In this document: positions 61,796 through 64,000 of the stretch, in pieces | How the letters are laid out: the number at the start of each line of letters is the position of its first letter | Position numbering within the stretch: the stretch's first letter is position 1 | NCBI GenBank assembly: GCA_963805515.1 | Contig: CAWDUZ010000004.1 | Span: 118,105-182,104, forward strand | Length of the DNA stretch: 64,000 nt | Reading direction: 5' to 3' | Origin: an uncultured Chloroflexia bacterium | GTDB lineage: Bacteria > Chloroflexota > Anaerolineae > Anaerolineales > Villigracilaceae | Made by a program: the position numbers and the translations under genes | The notes under the pieces: model-generated | Told to the model about the DNA's origin: nothing | Databases searched by the model: none | The model's input: the letters and a program-made list of their open reading frames with translations, nothing else

Positions 61796-61945
61796 ACATC
61801 AAAGGTTCTACCCGCTCCTGAAGGTTCTGCCTGCAAGGTGTTCGAAGGCCTAAATCCATGCGCAGAATAAGAGGGGTTGCTTTCCGGGATGCAATTTGAT
61901 TACGGTTTCAGGGAGGCGGGGGTTCGAGCGCTATAATAGCCGCCG

Positions 61946-62395
61946 ATGAACTACTCGGCGATCACGGAACATCTCTTTGTAGGCACCAGCCCGCGGCGAA
62001 GTGACTTTGAAGTGCTGCGGAAGATGGGCGTAGGGCTGGTGATCAATATGCGCTTCATGCCGGGGCCGCGTCCAGCGAGAGGCGAGCCGGGGCTGCGCTA
62101 CGTCTGGCTGCACACCTTCGACAATCCGCTGCTGCCGATCCCCTTGCGGGCGCTGATGCAAGGGGTGCAACTGGCTTTGGAGGAGATCAAGGCCGGGGGG
62201 AAGGTGTACACCCATTGCGCGGCGGGCCGGCACCGAAGCGTGGCGATGGCCGCGGCGATCCTGATCGCACAGGGTTTGGCGCCGGAGGGGGCGATGAGAC
62301 TGATCAAGGAGCAGCGACCGATTGCCGACCCGCAGGCGTACCATATCCGCAGGAGGATCGAGTTGTTTGCGCGGAAGTGGAGCGCGCAGCAATGA
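61946..62395 (+). CDS. Dual-specificity/tyrosine protein phosphatase (CX5R)
   Basis: VYTHCAAGRHRSVAMAAAIL (HCxxGxxRS P-loop). Confidence 0.7.
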   Translation: MNYSAITEHLFVGTSPRRSDFEVLRKMGVGLVINMRFMPGPRPARGEPGLRYVWLHTFDNPLLPIPLRALMQGVQLALEEIKAGGKVYTHCAAGRHRSVAMAAAILIAQGLAPEGAMRLIKEQRPIADPQAYHIRRRIELFARKWSAQQ

Positions 62396-62399
62396 GGGG

Positions 62400-62900
62400 A
62401 AAAAGTCATTATGGCTCGTAGTGCCCGGACTAGTGCCCGGCCCAAATCAAAAACGATTTGGTCCGGGCACTAAAATTTCCGAAAATAAATAGGGCTGGGT
62501 AAGAGCACCCAGCCCTATTTATTTTCGGAGGGCTTGCACATTAGCACGTGGGCAGAACTGAATTACAGGAAGAAGAAAACAGGGCCGATGGATTTTCGGA
62601 GGGCTTGCAGATTGGGAAAACGATTGATGCAAGGAGATTTTGGCAGGCTTAGCGTTCCTGTTCGCATATAGTAAAACGTCCCGCAGGTTTGCGCATCAAA
62701 CAAGGCGCTGGGAGACTGTTTCTTAAATGGTGACTACTCGCAGAGACCCTACCCCGACCCTCCCCTAAAGGGGAGGGAGACAAGCCGAATTTCGAGATAT
62801 GGTGGGAAAACACCACCATATCTCGAAATTCGGAAGCAAGCACAACATGTGAGCACGCAGCAGAGGACGTAAGAAACAGTCTGAGAGGAACCTGCGGGAC
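62400..62900. repeat. Cluster of nested palindromic (REP/MITE-like) elements between convergent genes
   Basis: gtgcccggcccaaatc/gatttggtccgggcac; ccgaaaataaatagggctgggt/acccagccctatttattttcgg; 2x TTTTCGGAGGGCTTGCA. Then a roughly 215-bp element with TIRs acgtcccgcagg (62686) / cctgcgggacg (62882) enclosing the hairpins ccctcccc-taaa-ggggaggg and ccgaatttcgagatatggtgg/ccaccatatctcgaaattcgg. Confidence 0.65.
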
Positions 62901-62901
62901 G

Positions 62902-63691
62902 AGGCTTTTTATCAGCGGTTCTGGTCGGCGTACTTCCACCAGAGGTAGGTGGCGAGCACGCCGAGCGAGGCCGGTAAGAACCACGATCCAGTAGCTGACA
63001 GAGGGTAGAGGGCTTTTGCTCTCCGCATATAGGACCGGCACAGCCCAAGGGAAATATTCGCCCCAGCCGAGGATCTGAGCCAGGTTGGTCGCGATCATCG
63101 CCAGGCCGGCCATGCCGACCGGCAAGAGAACCCCGCGGCCGATGCTGGCAAAGAAAGCAAAGGGCAGGATGACAGGAATGACCAGGCAGCAGGTGAGCGC
63201 CACAAGGGCGCTGCCATGCAGAAGGACCGCCATGGAGCTGCCGGGGAGCTTGAGGACTACGCCCATGACCAGGCCGGCGATGAAGATCACGGCGGCGAGG
63301 GCGGCGGACCAGAGGGCCGTAACAATGAACTTTGCCAGCACGATGCTGGAACGTTGAACCGGCACCGCCAGCATATCCTTCAGAGTGCCGTCGGCAAATT
63401 CGCGGCCGAAGACCCAGCTCACGATCAGGATGAATAAGATGACCCCGCCGGCGCCGATGATCTGCCCATACAATGCCAGGTAGGCCGTCCAGTCTGTAGC
63501 GGCATAAGCCACCAGGTTGGCTTTGGCGCTGACCAGGCCAAGCTTCTGCGAAATCTCCGGATTTTTGGAGACGAAAAGCAGGAAGGCAAACCCCAACGGC
63601 AAAAAGAGGGAACCGAGCGCCGTCCAGAGGGGCATCAAGGAACGGACAGCTTTTCGAAGCTCCACCCAGACCATATCCGACAGGTTAGTCA
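62902..63691 (-). CDS. ABC-2 type transporter permease (C-terminal frame change near 62985)
   Basis: MTNLSDMVWVELRKAVRSLMPLW... with 6 TM segments. The likely true C-terminus ...LATYLWWKYADQNR* is in an adjacent frame, ending at 62902-62904. Confidence 0.6.
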
Positions 63692-64000
63692 TTCTTGACT
63701 CTCGCTTTCCATGCCTACAAGCCTGAGGAAGTATTGCTCCAACTGCTCTTCCTCCACCATCAACTGAGTCGGCGGGTGCCGGCCCGGACAAGCAGGCTGT
63801 TCACATCGTCGGGGTGCTCGACACAGTCAGCAGCGTTAAACTCCAGGCTCCCATCCGGGAGGATGCCGGCGGGCTGACCGGCGGTCGCCAAGGCACGCTG
63901 CGCCGACTCGACGTCTCGCACACGCACAAGGAGGCGCCTGCGGCGATTGCGCTCCAACTCTTCCATGTTCAACTCCTGGAGCAAATGGCCCTGGTGAATG
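63688..64000 (-). CDS. ABC transporter ATP-binding protein, C-terminal part (extends beyond window end)
   Basis: ...GILPDGSLEFNAADCVEHPDDVNSLLVRAG...QLMVEEEQLEQYFLRLVGMESESQE*; its stop overlaps the permease start (ATGA). Confidence 0.45.

Overview
High-GC bacterial chromosome segment, roughly 60-65% GC outside two AT-rich patches. The gene content (F420-dependent LLM oxidoreductase, MttB-family methyltransferase, class-E sortase, pxpBCA) would fit Chloroflexota or Actinomycetota, but that is a guess. Most of the window is densely packed housekeeping and metabolic genes: clpC (partial), mgsA, M42 peptidase, NUDIX, rlmD-like, the pxpBCA 5-oxoprolinase operon, GH3 glycosidase, an ECF sigma/anti-sigma pair, flotillin, a CASTOR/POLLUX-like RCK channel, HtrA, a DnaJ-domain protein, a LOG-family protein, an MrfA-like helicase and an ABC transporter. 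Caveat: nearly every longer gene, including core genes (rlmD, pxpA/B/C, htrA, the helicase, the ABC permease), is split by apparent single-base frameshifts while the protein homology continues seamlessly in a neighbouring frame. That pattern looks like pervasive indel errors in the assembly rather than real pseudogenisation, so I call CDS by homology across ORF pieces and treat pseudogene calls as tentative. Accessory or unusual regions: (1) 9.6-12.1 kb, a low-GC island (about 40% GC) with a DUF3800 gene and unknown ORFs, apparently inserted into a TPR-like gene. (2) 12.3-14.3 kb, degraded nuclease-type genes: DUF4236-TM-SNase carrying in-frame stops, and DUF2726 plus a topoisomerase-type zinc ribbon. 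(3) A roughly 600-bp repeat present in inverted copies at 14.5-15.1 kb and 54.4-55.0 kb, with a partial copy at 21.9 kb, carrying a promoter-like iteron/palindrome module. (4) A 1-kb two-gene module (TM protein plus DUF4177 protein) duplicated at 22.1-23.2 and 23.9-25.0 kb. (5) 55.8-61.8 kb, the most interesting locus: orphan RHS C-terminal toxin tips with immunity genes, two tandem tyrosine recombinases, and a cassette bounded by 14-bp direct repeats that splits an RHS junction motif into its right and left halves. (6) Several dispersed palindromic or REP-like repeat families and conserved 3'-UTR motifs. No rRNA, confident tRNA or CRISPR array was found.
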